DNA of 64,000 nt from Microgenomates group bacterium (GTDB lineage Bacteria; Patescibacteriota; Microgenomatia; PFEM01; JBNASD01). The translations under genes and the position numbers were made by a program. This document shows, in pieces, positions 1 to 8,954 of this stretch (the stretch's first letter is position 1; every line of letters begins with the position of its first letter). The notes under the pieces are model-generated. The model saw nothing but the letters and a program-made list of their open reading frames with translations, did no database searches and had not been told where the DNA came from. The DNA is taken from contig JBNASD010000004.1 in the NCBI GenBank assembly GCA_049720225.1, positions 1,117 to 65,116 on the forward strand, read 5' to 3'.

Positions 1-450
1 CTTAATTTTTAAATTTATTATTTTTATCCCCCCCCCGTTTACGCAAAAACCATCCATATAAGCAGAATTAATTCCATCTAAAACCGCCTCTCCTTCTCCC
101 TCAAAAATTAAATATTTTTCTTGAATACCAACAAAACATTTCTTTTTAAATCCGTCATTAGTGACAAATTCTGTATAATTTTGCCGGGTGTAGGTACCGG
201 GTTTAATAATAATTTTCGTTTTTTGAGTAGAATTTCCTACGGAAGCGGCATTAACCGCTTGTTGAATACCATCTCCTCCGGTAAAATTACATCCTGGTTG
301 ATTTTGGGGACAAACTGTAAAGGTAGTAATTATTTCCTCTTCTGCCTTTTTTCTTATTTCTTGTCTTTTTTCAACTAAAAAAATAGTTCCCAAAAGAGCC
401 AAAGCAGTAAAAAAAGTTAATAAAAGAGTTATTTTTTGTTTTTTATTCAC
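1..450 (-). CDS. Partial CDS (C-terminus beyond window start): secreted/membrane-anchored right-handed beta-helix (pectin-lyase-fold-like) protein; GTG start at 450
   Basis: Manual reverse-complement translation is open across 1..450. It reads VNKKQKITLLLTFFTALALLGTIFLVEKRQ... (signal/TM) then ...PGCNFTGGDGIQQAVNAAS...IIIKPGTYTRQ..., typical of a parallel beta-helix N-terminus. aagggaag lies upstream of the GTG. Absent from the ORF track because no stop falls inside the window. Confidence 0.5.
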   Translation of the reverse strand, partial: MNKKQKITLLLTFFTALALLGTIFLVEKRQEIRKKAEEEIITTFTVCPQNQPGCNFTGGDGIQQAVNAASVGNSTQKTKIIIKPGTYTRQNYTEFVTNDGFKKKCFVGIQEKYLIFEGEGEAVLDGINSAYMDGFCVNGGGIKIINLKIK

Positions 451-530
451 AACAACTTCCCTTTCTTAAATAGATCTTATTGATATTAAAAGTTTCTGTC
501 AAGATTAATTTTATGGTATGATTTAAATAA

Positions 531-1421
531 ATGACAATTTTAGAGATTCTTCAAAAAGCGAACTCTGAAAGTTGGGCGCTGGGAGCATTTAACGCCGGAA
601 ATTTAGAAATTTTACGAGCAATTATTCAGGCAGGAGAAAATCTTCAGTCTCCTTTAATTGTAGAAACTTCCTCCGGAGAAGCCAAGCATTTTGGAATGAA
701 AAATTTTTTGGCGGTAGTGGAAAATTTTCGTCAAGAAACCGGATTGCCGATTTTTACTAATTTTGACCACGGAAAAGATTTGGAAGAATGCCAAATGGCA
801 ATTGAGGCGGGATATAATTTAATTCATTTTGATGGTTCTGATTTACCTTATGAAGAGAATATAAAAATTACCAAAATTTTAGTTGAGCAAGCTCATCAAA
901 AAGGGGTTTTGGTTGAGGGAGAGTTTAATAAAATTAGTGGTGAATCAAAAAGCTATCTTCAAGAAACCAGCGGAATTAATGGAGAGTTTGAATTAACTAA
1001 TCCTCACCAGGCAAGAGATTTTGTTGTTCAAACAGGGATAGATATTTTAGCGGTTTCGATTGGCAATCTTCATGGAACTTATTTAAATCCCATAAAACTT
1101 GATTTAGAAAGACTAAGATTAGTTAAGGAGGAAATAGAAAAAGAAGGACAATCAATTTTTTTCTCTCTTCATGGCGGTTCGGGAACTGCTGAAGAAGATA
1201 TTAAAGCGGCAATTAGTTTGGGGGTGGTGAAAATTAACGTTAACACCGAATTAAGAATTGCTTTTCGGCAAACCTTAGAAAATGTTTTGCGCGGTTCAGA
1301 AGAATTAGCGATTTATAAAATTATGCCGCCAGTGATTGCCGCGGTGCAAAAGGTAGTGGAAGGAAAGATAGAAATGTTCAAATGTTCAAAAAACCCAAAA
1401 ATTTTTAATTTTAATTTTTAA
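531..1421 (+). CDS. fba: Class II fructose/ketose-bisphosphate aldolase
   Basis: 296 aa. N-terminal LEILQKA...WALGAFN and FDHGK, LHGGSG motifs match the class II FBA/tagatose-bisphosphate aldolase family. Confidence 0.75.
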   Translation: MTILEILQKANSESWALGAFNAGNLEILRAIIQAGENLQSPLIVETSSGEAKHFGMKNFLAVVENFRQETGLPIFTNFDHGKDLEECQMAIEAGYNLIHFDGSDLPYEENIKITKILVEQAHQKGVLVEGEFNKISGESKSYLQETSGINGEFELTNPHQARDFVVQTGIDILAVSIGNLHGTYLNPIKLDLERLRLVKEEIEKEGQSIFFSLHGGSGTAEEDIKAAISLGVVKINVNTELRIAFRQTLENVLRGSEELAIYKIMPPVIAAVQKVVEGKIEMFKCSKNPKIFNFNF

Positions 1422-1465
1422 ATTGTTTTTAATATTGGAATTTTGAACATTGGAATTTTTAATCT

Positions 1466-2446
1466 ATGTATGATGTAATTTCTATTGGTTCCGCTACTTT
1501 TGATGTTTTTTTAAAAGTGCCGGAGGGAAAAATTCTGGAAACAGAGGAGTTTTTGGTAGGAAAAGCTTTAGGCTTACCTTACGGAAGCAAAATAGAAATT
1601 AAAGAAAGATTACTTGCCTCTGGTGGTGGAGGAACGAATACGGCAGTTGGGTTTGCGCGATTGGGTTTAAAAACAGCGGTAGTGGCGCGCTGCGGCTGGG
1701 ATTTTGGGGGAAAATTAGTTCGTCAGGAATTAAAAAAAGAAGGAGTAGATGATAGTTTATTAGTGCAAATTGAGGGCGACGATACTGACTATTCGACTAT
1801 TTTAATCGGTCCTGATGGCGAGCGAACAATTTTAGTTTATCGGGGGAAAACTCGTTTGGATGAGAGTTTGATTGATTTTTCTCGCTTAAAATCCCGTTGG
1901 TTTTGTATTTCTGGATTAGAAGGAAACTTAAAATTATTAAAAAAGCTAGTTGATTGGGCAAAAAGAAATAAAATTAAAGTGGCAGTAAATCCGGGAAGAA
2001 AAGAGATTGACCAAAGAGAGGAATTGTTAGAAATTATTAAAGATATTGAAGTTTTAATTGTCAACCAAGAAGAAGCAGCGAGGTTAACTAATAGCTTTTT
2101 TTTTGATCTTGATCTTTTTTCTAAGACTGCCTTACTTTCTTCCGGAATTGTCGTAATTACTCGAGGAGCTGAAGGAGCTTACTTGTTTGACAAAAATGAT
2201 AATTTATTAATTGCTGATGGTTTTAAAGTGGAGATGGTAGATGCTACCGGCGCTGGTGATGCTTTTAATGCAGGATTTATTGGTGGATTGGCAAAGGGAT
2301 GGTCTTTGGAAAAGGCTTTAAAGTTAGGAATTGCTAACGGAGCGGCAGTAGTAATGCAGATGGGAGTTAAACCTGGTTTACTTTCAGAAAAAAATTATCA
2401 TAATTGGCTGGAAAGACCATTAAAAATGGAATGGAAAAATAAATAA
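1466..2446 (+). CDS. PfkB-family carbohydrate kinase (ribokinase/fructokinase-like)
   Basis: GG motif (LASGGGGTNTAVGFARLG) and C-terminal DATGAGDAFNAGFIGG anion-hole motif of the ribokinase/PfkB superfamily. Confidence 0.7.
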   Translation: MYDVISIGSATFDVFLKVPEGKILETEEFLVGKALGLPYGSKIEIKERLLASGGGGTNTAVGFARLGLKTAVVARCGWDFGGKLVRQELKKEGVDDSLLVQIEGDDTDYSTILIGPDGERTILVYRGKTRLDESLIDFSRLKSRWFCISGLEGNLKLLKKLVDWAKRNKIKVAVNPGRKEIDQREELLEIIKDIEVLIVNQEEAARLTNSFFFDLDLFSKTALLSSGIVVITRGAEGAYLFDKNDNLLIADGFKVEMVDATGAGDAFNAGFIGGLAKGWSLEKALKLGIANGAAVVMQMGVKPGLLSEKNYHNWLERPLKMEWKNK

Positions 2447-2467
2447 CTTCTAGGATATAATTAATTT

Positions 2468-3451
2468 ATGAATTTTTCCGCTAAACAAGAAGTAATTCCT
2501 GAAGTTAAGCCACTTTTAAAAAAACCGCCAAAACCAAAATTAAACAAAAAAGATCGGTTAATAATTTTGTTAATTTTTGTTTTTACTTTAATAATTAGTG
2601 GTTTTTTATATTTAAAGGAAAAAATTACTCAAACTACCGAAAAAATTGTTAAACCGTTTACTCAGCCATTAGTAATTACCAGTAGTCAAGAGGTCAAAAA
2701 ATTTGATTCTTCGCCAGTAATAGAAGAAATTAAAAATTTAACAAAAGATTTGGTTGGATATTACGGCGTTTATGTTTATCGTTTTTCCGATGGGCAGGAA
2801 TACGGAATTCGCCAAAAAGAAATTTTTCCTGCCGCTTCTTTAATGAAATTACCGGTAATGTTAGCTTTATACCAAGAGGCAGAGGCGGGAAGAATCAGTT
2901 TAGAGGCAAAATATCAATTGGCGGAAGCGGATAAAAGAGGGGGAGCAGGAATTTTGCAAAGTCGGCCGGCGGGTGAAATTTATACCTATCGAAAATTAGC
3001 GGAATTAATGGGGCAATATTCAGATAATACTGCTAATAATGTTTTAGTAAAAGTTTTAGGAGAAAAAAAGATTCAAGAGGTAATAAAAAAAATAGGAATG
3101 GAAAAAACTGATTTTTCTGAGTATGAAACTACCCCTGAAGATATAGGAATTTTTTTTCGCCAACTTTATAAAGGAAAAATTTTAACTGACTCTCATAAAG
3201 AAGAAATTTTTCGTTTTTTAACCAAAACCGGGTTTGAGGACAGAATTCCTGCCGGTTTACCAGAGGGAGTAAGGGTAGTTCATAAAATCGGAACAGAAAT
3301 CGGTGTTTTTTCTGATGCAGGAATTGTGTTTCCACCAAAAGGAGAACCATTTGTTTTAGTAATTATGAGTAAAGAAGCGAAGGAGACAGAAGCTAAAGAA
3401 GTTTTACCAAAAATTGCCAAAGCAGTTTGGGATTTTGAGATGCAAAATTAA
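2468..3451 (+). CDS. Membrane-anchored class A beta-lactamase-related serine hydrolase
   Basis: N-terminal TM helix. SxxK (ASLMK) and SDN (YSDNTANN) are present, with a KTG-like KIGT element. Fold-family assignment only; the substrate is unknown. Confidence 0.55.
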   Translation: MNFSAKQEVIPEVKPLLKKPPKPKLNKKDRLIILLIFVFTLIISGFLYLKEKITQTTEKIVKPFTQPLVITSSQEVKKFDSSPVIEEIKNLTKDLVGYYGVYVYRFSDGQEYGIRQKEIFPAASLMKLPVMLALYQEAEAGRISLEAKYQLAEADKRGGAGILQSRPAGEIYTYRKLAELMGQYSDNTANNVLVKVLGEKKIQEVIKKIGMEKTDFSEYETTPEDIGIFFRQLYKGKILTDSHKEEIFRFLTKTGFEDRIPAGLPEGVRVVHKIGTEIGVFSDAGIVFPPKGEPFVLVIMSKEAKETEAKEVLPKIAKAVWDFEMQN

Positions 3452-3792
3452 CGATTATCGCCTTCACCATGGAGTTTTCCTCTTGTTTGGCGGGAGGCTA
3501 ATTTATTTAGATTTTTTTGGGCAATTGCCTCTAAAGAAAGATTTAATTCAGTAGCTAAATTAGCTAAATACCATAAAACGTCACCTAATTCTTTTTCTAA
3601 TTCTTCCTTTGTTTTATTATCAATTATTCCTTTTTTATCCCGAATTACTTTTTTGATCTTTTCGGCTACTTCTCCTGATTCTCCGCTTAAACCGAGGGTA
3701 GGATAGATATAGTTTTTACCTAAATTAGGATAAATAGCGGTTTTTCTTGCCTGTTTTTGGTAGACGGCAAAAGTCAAGCTTTTAGCCTTCAT
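3448..3792 (-). CDS. MazG-like nucleotide pyrophosphohydrolase
   Basis: 114 aa. EELGDVLWYLANLATELNLSLE matches the MazG/NTP-PPase all-alpha motif. Confidence 0.65.
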   Translation of the reverse strand: MKAKSLTFAVYQKQARKTAIYPNLGKNYIYPTLGLSGESGEVAEKIKKVIRDKKGIIDNKTKEELEKELGDVLWYLANLATELNLSLEAIAQKNLNKLASRQTRGKLHGEGDNR

Positions 3793-3810
3793 TTAAATGA
3801 TTATAACAAA

Positions 3811-6003
3811 TTAAAATTGAAAAGAAGGTGTCGGTGAAGGATGACAGGTAACTTTACTTTCCGTACCGGCGATAAAAAACTCTTCTTTACCACATACTCT
3901 TTTTTTAATAATTCCTTCGGGGACTGGCCATTTCTTATCGGGGACATCTTTTAAAAGATAACTTATAATTTTATTCCAAATTGGCGAAGCGCCGGTTACT
4001 CCTGAAGCAACATAACTCATTGGTGAATTATCGTTATTACCTACCCAAACAGCAACCAAGAAATCAGGAGTATAACCAATAGTCCAATTATCACGCAAGT
4101 TTTGAGTAGTTCCTGTTTTTACGGCAACAGAGGGATGGGTAGGGATGTTTAACCAAGAGCGAAAACCAAAGGCGGGAGCCCGAGCGGAATTATCTGAAAG
4201 AATATCATTAATCAAAAAGGCAACCTCTGGACTAATTATTTGAAAATTGGAATTTGGAATTTGGTTTTTTTCTAAGACTTCTCCTTTATAATTTTTAACC
4301 TCCAAAATAGGATTTAAATCGACTCTTTTTCCCATATTAGCAAAAACCCCATAAGCAACGACTAAATCAATCATTTTTACTTCTCCTCCTCCCAAAGTTA
4401 AGGAAAGACCAAAACGAGAAGAGTCTTCCCAGGTGGTAATTCCCATTTCTTTTCCGCGTTGGATCATTTTATCAACTCCCAAAGAGGCTAAGACTTTAAC
4501 TGCTGGCACATTATAAGAAGAAGCTAATGCGATTCTTAAAGGAACATTTCCGTGAAATTGATTATCATAGTTTTTTGGAGAATAAGGAGGTTGACCGGGA
4601 AGATGATAAGTAATGGGCGTATCAGATAAAATAGTGGCTGGAGTAAAACCATTTTCTAAGGCTAAAGAATACATGATCGGTTTTATTGCCGAGCCTGGTT
4701 GTCGGGGGCGAAGAGTAACGTTGACATTGCCGTCGTTTTTGACATCAAAATAATCAACCGATCCCACCATTCCTAAAATTTCTCCCGTTGAGGGATTAGT
4801 AATTAATACTGCTCCATTATTTATTTTTAAACTTCTTAATTTTTTAATTTCTTGGGTAACTACTTCTTGAGCGTATTGTTGGATTTCCCAATCTAAGGTA
4901 GTTTTAACTTCCAGTCCTCCCTCTTCAACTAATTGTTCACCGTATTTTTGAGTGAGTAATTCTTTTACATACATTACAAAATGGGGAGCTTTAATTTCTG
5001 TTACTTTTGGTCGAAAATGAAGTTCCTCTTTTCCTGCTTTTACCTCTTCCTCTTTAGAAATAAAACCTTCCTCACGCATTCTTTTTAAAACTAAAAGCTG
5101 TCTTTCTTTGGCAAGTTCCGGATGAGCGCCAAAAGGAGAAAAACGGGTGGGAGAGGCGGGTAAACCAGCTAATAATGCCGCTTCAGCTAAACTTAAATCT
5201 TTAGCGGATTTGCCAAAATAAGTTTGGGCTGCTTCTTCAATACCATAAGCGGTTCCCCCATAGTTAACTTCATTAAGATACATCTGAAGAATTTCTTCTT
5301 TGGTGAATTTAGTTTCCACAATAGCGGCTAAAATAATTTCCTTAATTTTTCTTTTTAAAGTTCGTTGGGGAGTGAGGAGAGTATTTTTAACTAATTGTTG
5401 GGTAATTGTTGAACCACCATAAAGCTTTCCTCCTTTTAAATTTCTAATTCCTGCCCTGATGATTCCTTTAATAGAAAAACCGTGATGAGAATAAAATTCG
5501 GCATCCTCAATAGCTAAGGTAGCTTGAATAAGATAAAGCGGAAGATCATTTAACTTAACTAACGTGCGGTTTTGATTACGATAAATTTTATACAAAAGAT
5601 TTCCCTTGCGATCATAAATTTTGGTGGTTAAAACTGGTTGACGAGTCAAAAGTTGGTTAGGATTAGGAAGGGAATAAAAAATATTAAAAATTAAATAGCA
5701 AATGGCAAATATTAAAGCAATTAATAAAATTAAAAAAATTTTTTTAGGAGAAAGTTTAATTTTAAATTTAATTTTGGGAAATTTAACCTCAGGAGATTTA
5801 AATTTTAAAAGCCTTATTTTTTTAAAAGAAATTATTATTTGGAGAAATTGAAAAAGGAAAGAAATTAAACCTAAAATTAACCAATAAAATGGTTTTCCCA
5901 ATAACTGGAATATTCTTCCTATTTTTACCAAAAAACTCAGGGCAGGCTTTTGGAAAGGGAGTTTTTTGGCGGTAAAAATCGTTCCTGTCCTTTTTTCCGC
6001 CAT
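3811..6003 (-). CDS. Class A penicillin-binding protein (bifunctional transglycosylase/transpeptidase), paralog 1
   Basis: GT51 motifs (EDAEFYSHHG, GGSTITQQLVKN). Transpeptidase motifs SAIKP (SxxK) and KTGTT. N-terminal TM segment. Confidence 0.85.
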   Translation of the reverse strand: MAEKRTGTIFTAKKLPFQKPALSFLVKIGRIFQLLGKPFYWLILGLISFLFQFLQIIISFKKIRLLKFKSPEVKFPKIKFKIKLSPKKIFLILLIALIFAICYLIFNIFYSLPNPNQLLTRQPVLTTKIYDRKGNLLYKIYRNQNRTLVKLNDLPLYLIQATLAIEDAEFYSHHGFSIKGIIRAGIRNLKGGKLYGGSTITQQLVKNTLLTPQRTLKRKIKEIILAAIVETKFTKEEILQMYLNEVNYGGTAYGIEEAAQTYFGKSAKDLSLAEAALLAGLPASPTRFSPFGAHPELAKERQLLVLKRMREEGFISKEEEVKAGKEELHFRPKVTEIKAPHFVMYVKELLTQKYGEQLVEEGGLEVKTTLDWEIQQYAQEVVTQEIKKLRSLKINNGAVLITNPSTGEILGMVGSVDYFDVKNDGNVNVTLRPRQPGSAIKPIMYSLALENGFTPATILSDTPITYHLPGQPPYSPKNYDNQFHGNVPLRIALASSYNVPAVKVLASLGVDKMIQRGKEMGITTWEDSSRFGLSLTLGGGEVKMIDLVVAYGVFANMGKRVDLNPILEVKNYKGEVLEKNQIPNSNFQIISPEVAFLINDILSDNSARAPAFGFRSWLNIPTHPSVAVKTGTTQNLRDNWTIGYTPDFLVAVWVGNNDNSPMSYVASGVTGASPIWNKIISYLLKDVPDKKWPVPEGIIKKRVCGKEEFFIAGTESKVTCHPSPTPSFQF

Positions 6004-6048
6004 TAAAATTATTTTAGAGAAAAAGAATTAATTTTAAAAGAGGAAAAA

Positions 6049-8913
6049 TTACCGATTCCAATTAACCAAAAGAGTGGTTAATTCTTTTTCATCATTTTTA
6101 AGGTCATTATTAAAATCAGGCCAAAAAGTTTGCCAATTATTAAAAGAAAGATTGAGATCTTTTTCATTTATTAAAGAGTCACAATTTAGATCGCCTTTGG
6201 TTCTTTTTTCGCAAGCGTTAAGATAAAAATTTTGGTAATTTCTTTCTAAGCTGCTTTTGATATTGGAAAAGTTATCACTGATTCCGGGAAAAACAGTAGG
6301 ACTAAAACTTTGGAAGAAATTACTTTGAAAGCAAACCGCCGATCCGCCGGCATTAATAAGATTATTTACTAATCGGGTATTGAAAAGTCTTGATTCTTCT
6401 TGATTTGATTTAGCACAACAAAGACTTCCGGTAGAAGAAGTACAATTAGCTTGCCCGTTTATATTGTAAGGAAGATAACAAAGGTTTTTAACATGACCTA
6501 CCTCTCGGATAAATCTTGTTTGGTATTTAAACATACTAAATAAAAAGTTATGATAATCTGATTCGCCAAAGTTTCCCCAACCGTTTTGTTTTAGCCAAAC
6601 TCTTCCGCCATACTTTTCTACCGCATACTTTACCGCGTTACCGACTACATAACGAGAATCATAAGGAGAAGAAATACCTGTTCCGCCAACCTGAAGAATA
6701 ATGGCTTTATTTTTAAATTTGCTGGCATACATATCAATTAGCTTAAAGGTATTTTTAAGATAAAAATAATCGAAAAGAAATTTATAATTTTCTACATCAG
6801 GAATATAATCTAAACCACCTTCCCACGGTGGATTGGGAGTTCTTTCTGCGATTAATTCGTCGGTAGTTTTTCCTGTAATTCTACTCATTTCCTCAAGATA
6901 TTTTTGTCTTACCGGGGTACTACCATGAAGAGCCATTTCTCCATAATGACCGCCAGCCATCATAATAATTGCTTCAATTGCTGAATTGGGGCCGTTATTG
7001 TTGTCGTATCGTTGAGCCATTGCGGTAAGAATTTCTTCTAAAAACTTTAAGTATAGAGGATCCCATTGGACGGGACGATCTTTGTTGTAGCAAGTTAAGC
7101 AGTAATCTTGGGGAAATTGATGCATTCCTGCCTCCAAAGCCCAATCAGGAATTGTTCCCGCGGGATCATCGGTTAAAACCTGAATCCAAATTTTTTTCCT
7201 TGCCTGATAGGCTCTTTCAATAGATTGATCAAGAGATGTCCAATTAAAAACTCCTCTTTGGGGTTCGATTACTCTCCAATTTCCCTCTCCCGAAGTATAA
7301 ACCCAAGTAATGTTTGGATTATTTAAAGAAGAAACTTGATGGCATAAACCAACGGAAGAAATAACATCCAGCGGTCGCGAAGGAGCGGGGGAAGTAGTGG
7401 GAGAAGAGGTAGGAGAAGAACTCTCTAATGGACAATTAAATCCTTCTGTTTGAGAAGAAAAGCGAAAATAAACAGTCGGAATATTATTAATTCTTTTCAA
7501 TCCGACCAATAAATATCCTTGAGGAAAGGCAAAAATTTGACTTCCGGATATATCAGATTCGATTAAAAAGGGATTTCCTTCCAAATTTCCCTCAAAAGTT
7601 AACCACCTTCCTTTTCTTCCTTCATTTTTCTTTTCCCAAGTAATTAAATATTTGTTATTAAGAACTACCACGTTAGCGCGGGGAGGATAGCTTTCATCAA
7701 GATAGCGGTCATGAAGAATTGCTTGATTCTCAATTATTATTGGTTCTCCTTGAGGTAAAGGAAGCCCTTGAGTATTATATCTAAAACGTCTAGCTTTGAC
7801 CTTTACCCAATCCCCCGGATAACTATCAACAACTTTATTAGCAGATTGCCAAACAACTAAAAACTCTTCGCCATTAGGATTAAGAGCGATTTTAGGATAT
7901 CTTTCTGCTTCTTGGTCGTCATTGGAAGAAATAAGAAAATTTTCTCCGAGAGGATTGCCATTAATATCAAAAATTCCTCCATAAATATTTAACAAAAGGC
8001 GATCGTATTGTTGGTTTAAGGGGTGGGGATTAGGATTGGGATCTAAACGTCCATCTTCCCAAACAACAATAAAATGATTTTTAACAGGATTGTAAACAAT
8101 ATCTGGATATTGTTGGATTTTTTTAGCATTTCTTGGATAAATAAAATCATTGTTGTTAAAATCTAAAGACACAGGGAAATTTTCTCCAATAGGATTGCCA
8201 TTGTCATCTAAAATTTGACCATAGATATCTTTGAATGTTGTCCTGTCTCGACTATCTTCCCAATAACCTGGATCTTGATGATAATGTCTTGCCCTCATTC
8301 TTCCGTCATGCCAAACAACCATATAGCGACGAGCAGTAGAAGAATAAGCAATTCGCGGATGCCATTGTTGATCGTCGCATCCTTGAGGATTACGAGCAGG
8401 ATTTCCATAACAAGTATTTTTGGGAGTGTTATTTAAAGAACTTAAGGAAGAAATTTTAAAAGGGTTGCCAATCAAACTACCGTTAGAAGCAATTCTTTGA
8501 CCCCAAATGTCGTATCCTTCTTGTTGAAAATAAGAATCGTTTCCTTCTAAATAACTTTTATGGCCTTGCCAAACAATTAAATATTCATTTTTATTAGGGT
8601 TGTAAACTCCCGCAGGAAACTGTTCGCCAGTAAAATTAGTATTTTCTGTTTTAATGGGGATGTTAATTCCTTGACAATTTCCATTGAGAGTAATTAATTG
8701 GCCGAAAATATCATGATAATCATTTTTTCCATATTGACAAAAAGATGGATTTTTCCGACAATCTGACCAAACAATAAAAAATTGATTGGTTGAAGTGTTG
8801 AGAATTGCATATGGTTGATCTTGGGGAGCGGTGGCAGGATAAAATTCCGCCAAAGAATTTTTAGGAAAAAGAAAAAATAAATAAAAAACAATAAAGAAAA
8901 TGATTTTTTTCAT
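6049..8913 (-). CDS. Large secreted protein: N-terminal degenerate tandem repeats plus C-terminal glycoside-hydrolase-like (TIM-barrel, GH42/GH5-like) domain
   Basis: Signal peptide. At least five repeats of the pattern hhVW.D.R....DI(Y/F)GQ....NGNP.GENF. The C-terminal region WRVIEPQRGVFNWTSLDQSIERA...IWIQVL resembles the substrate-binding start of GH42-type hydrolases. The family assignment is tentative. Confidence 0.45.
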   Translation of the reverse strand: MKKIIFFIVFYLFFLFPKNSLAEFYPATAPQDQPYAILNTSTNQFFIVWSDCRKNPSFCQYGKNDYHDIFGQLITLNGNCQGINIPIKTENTNFTGEQFPAGVYNPNKNEYLIVWQGHKSYLEGNDSYFQQEGYDIWGQRIASNGSLIGNPFKISSLSSLNNTPKNTCYGNPARNPQGCDDQQWHPRIAYSSTARRYMVVWHDGRMRARHYHQDPGYWEDSRDRTTFKDIYGQILDDNGNPIGENFPVSLDFNNNDFIYPRNAKKIQQYPDIVYNPVKNHFIVVWEDGRLDPNPNPHPLNQQYDRLLLNIYGGIFDINGNPLGENFLISSNDDQEAERYPKIALNPNGEEFLVVWQSANKVVDSYPGDWVKVKARRFRYNTQGLPLPQGEPIIIENQAILHDRYLDESYPPRANVVVLNNKYLITWEKKNEGRKGRWLTFEGNLEGNPFLIESDISGSQIFAFPQGYLLVGLKRINNIPTVYFRFSSQTEGFNCPLESSSPTSSPTTSPAPSRPLDVISSVGLCHQVSSLNNPNITWVYTSGEGNWRVIEPQRGVFNWTSLDQSIERAYQARKKIWIQVLTDDPAGTIPDWALEAGMHQFPQDYCLTCYNKDRPVQWDPLYLKFLEEILTAMAQRYDNNNGPNSAIEAIIMMAGGHYGEMALHGSTPVRQKYLEEMSRITGKTTDELIAERTPNPPWEGGLDYIPDVENYKFLFDYFYLKNTFKLIDMYASKFKNKAIILQVGGTGISSPYDSRYVVGNAVKYAVEKYGGRVWLKQNGWGNFGESDYHNFLFSMFKYQTRFIREVGHVKNLCYLPYNINGQANCTSSTGSLCCAKSNQEESRLFNTRLVNNLINAGGSAVCFQSNFFQSFSPTVFPGISDNFSNIKSSLERNYQNFYLNACEKRTKGDLNCDSLINEKDLNLSFNNWQTFWPDFNNDLKNDEKELTTLLVNWNR

Positions 8914-8954
8914 TTCTTTCTTAATTTTAAAGATATCAATTTAATTTTTGAAAT

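Noticed and set aside
121-378. 85-aa plus-strand ORF from the track
   Set aside because: It lies entirely inside a continuous, motif-bearing minus-strand reading frame (1..450) that I translated manually, so it is an antisense artefact.
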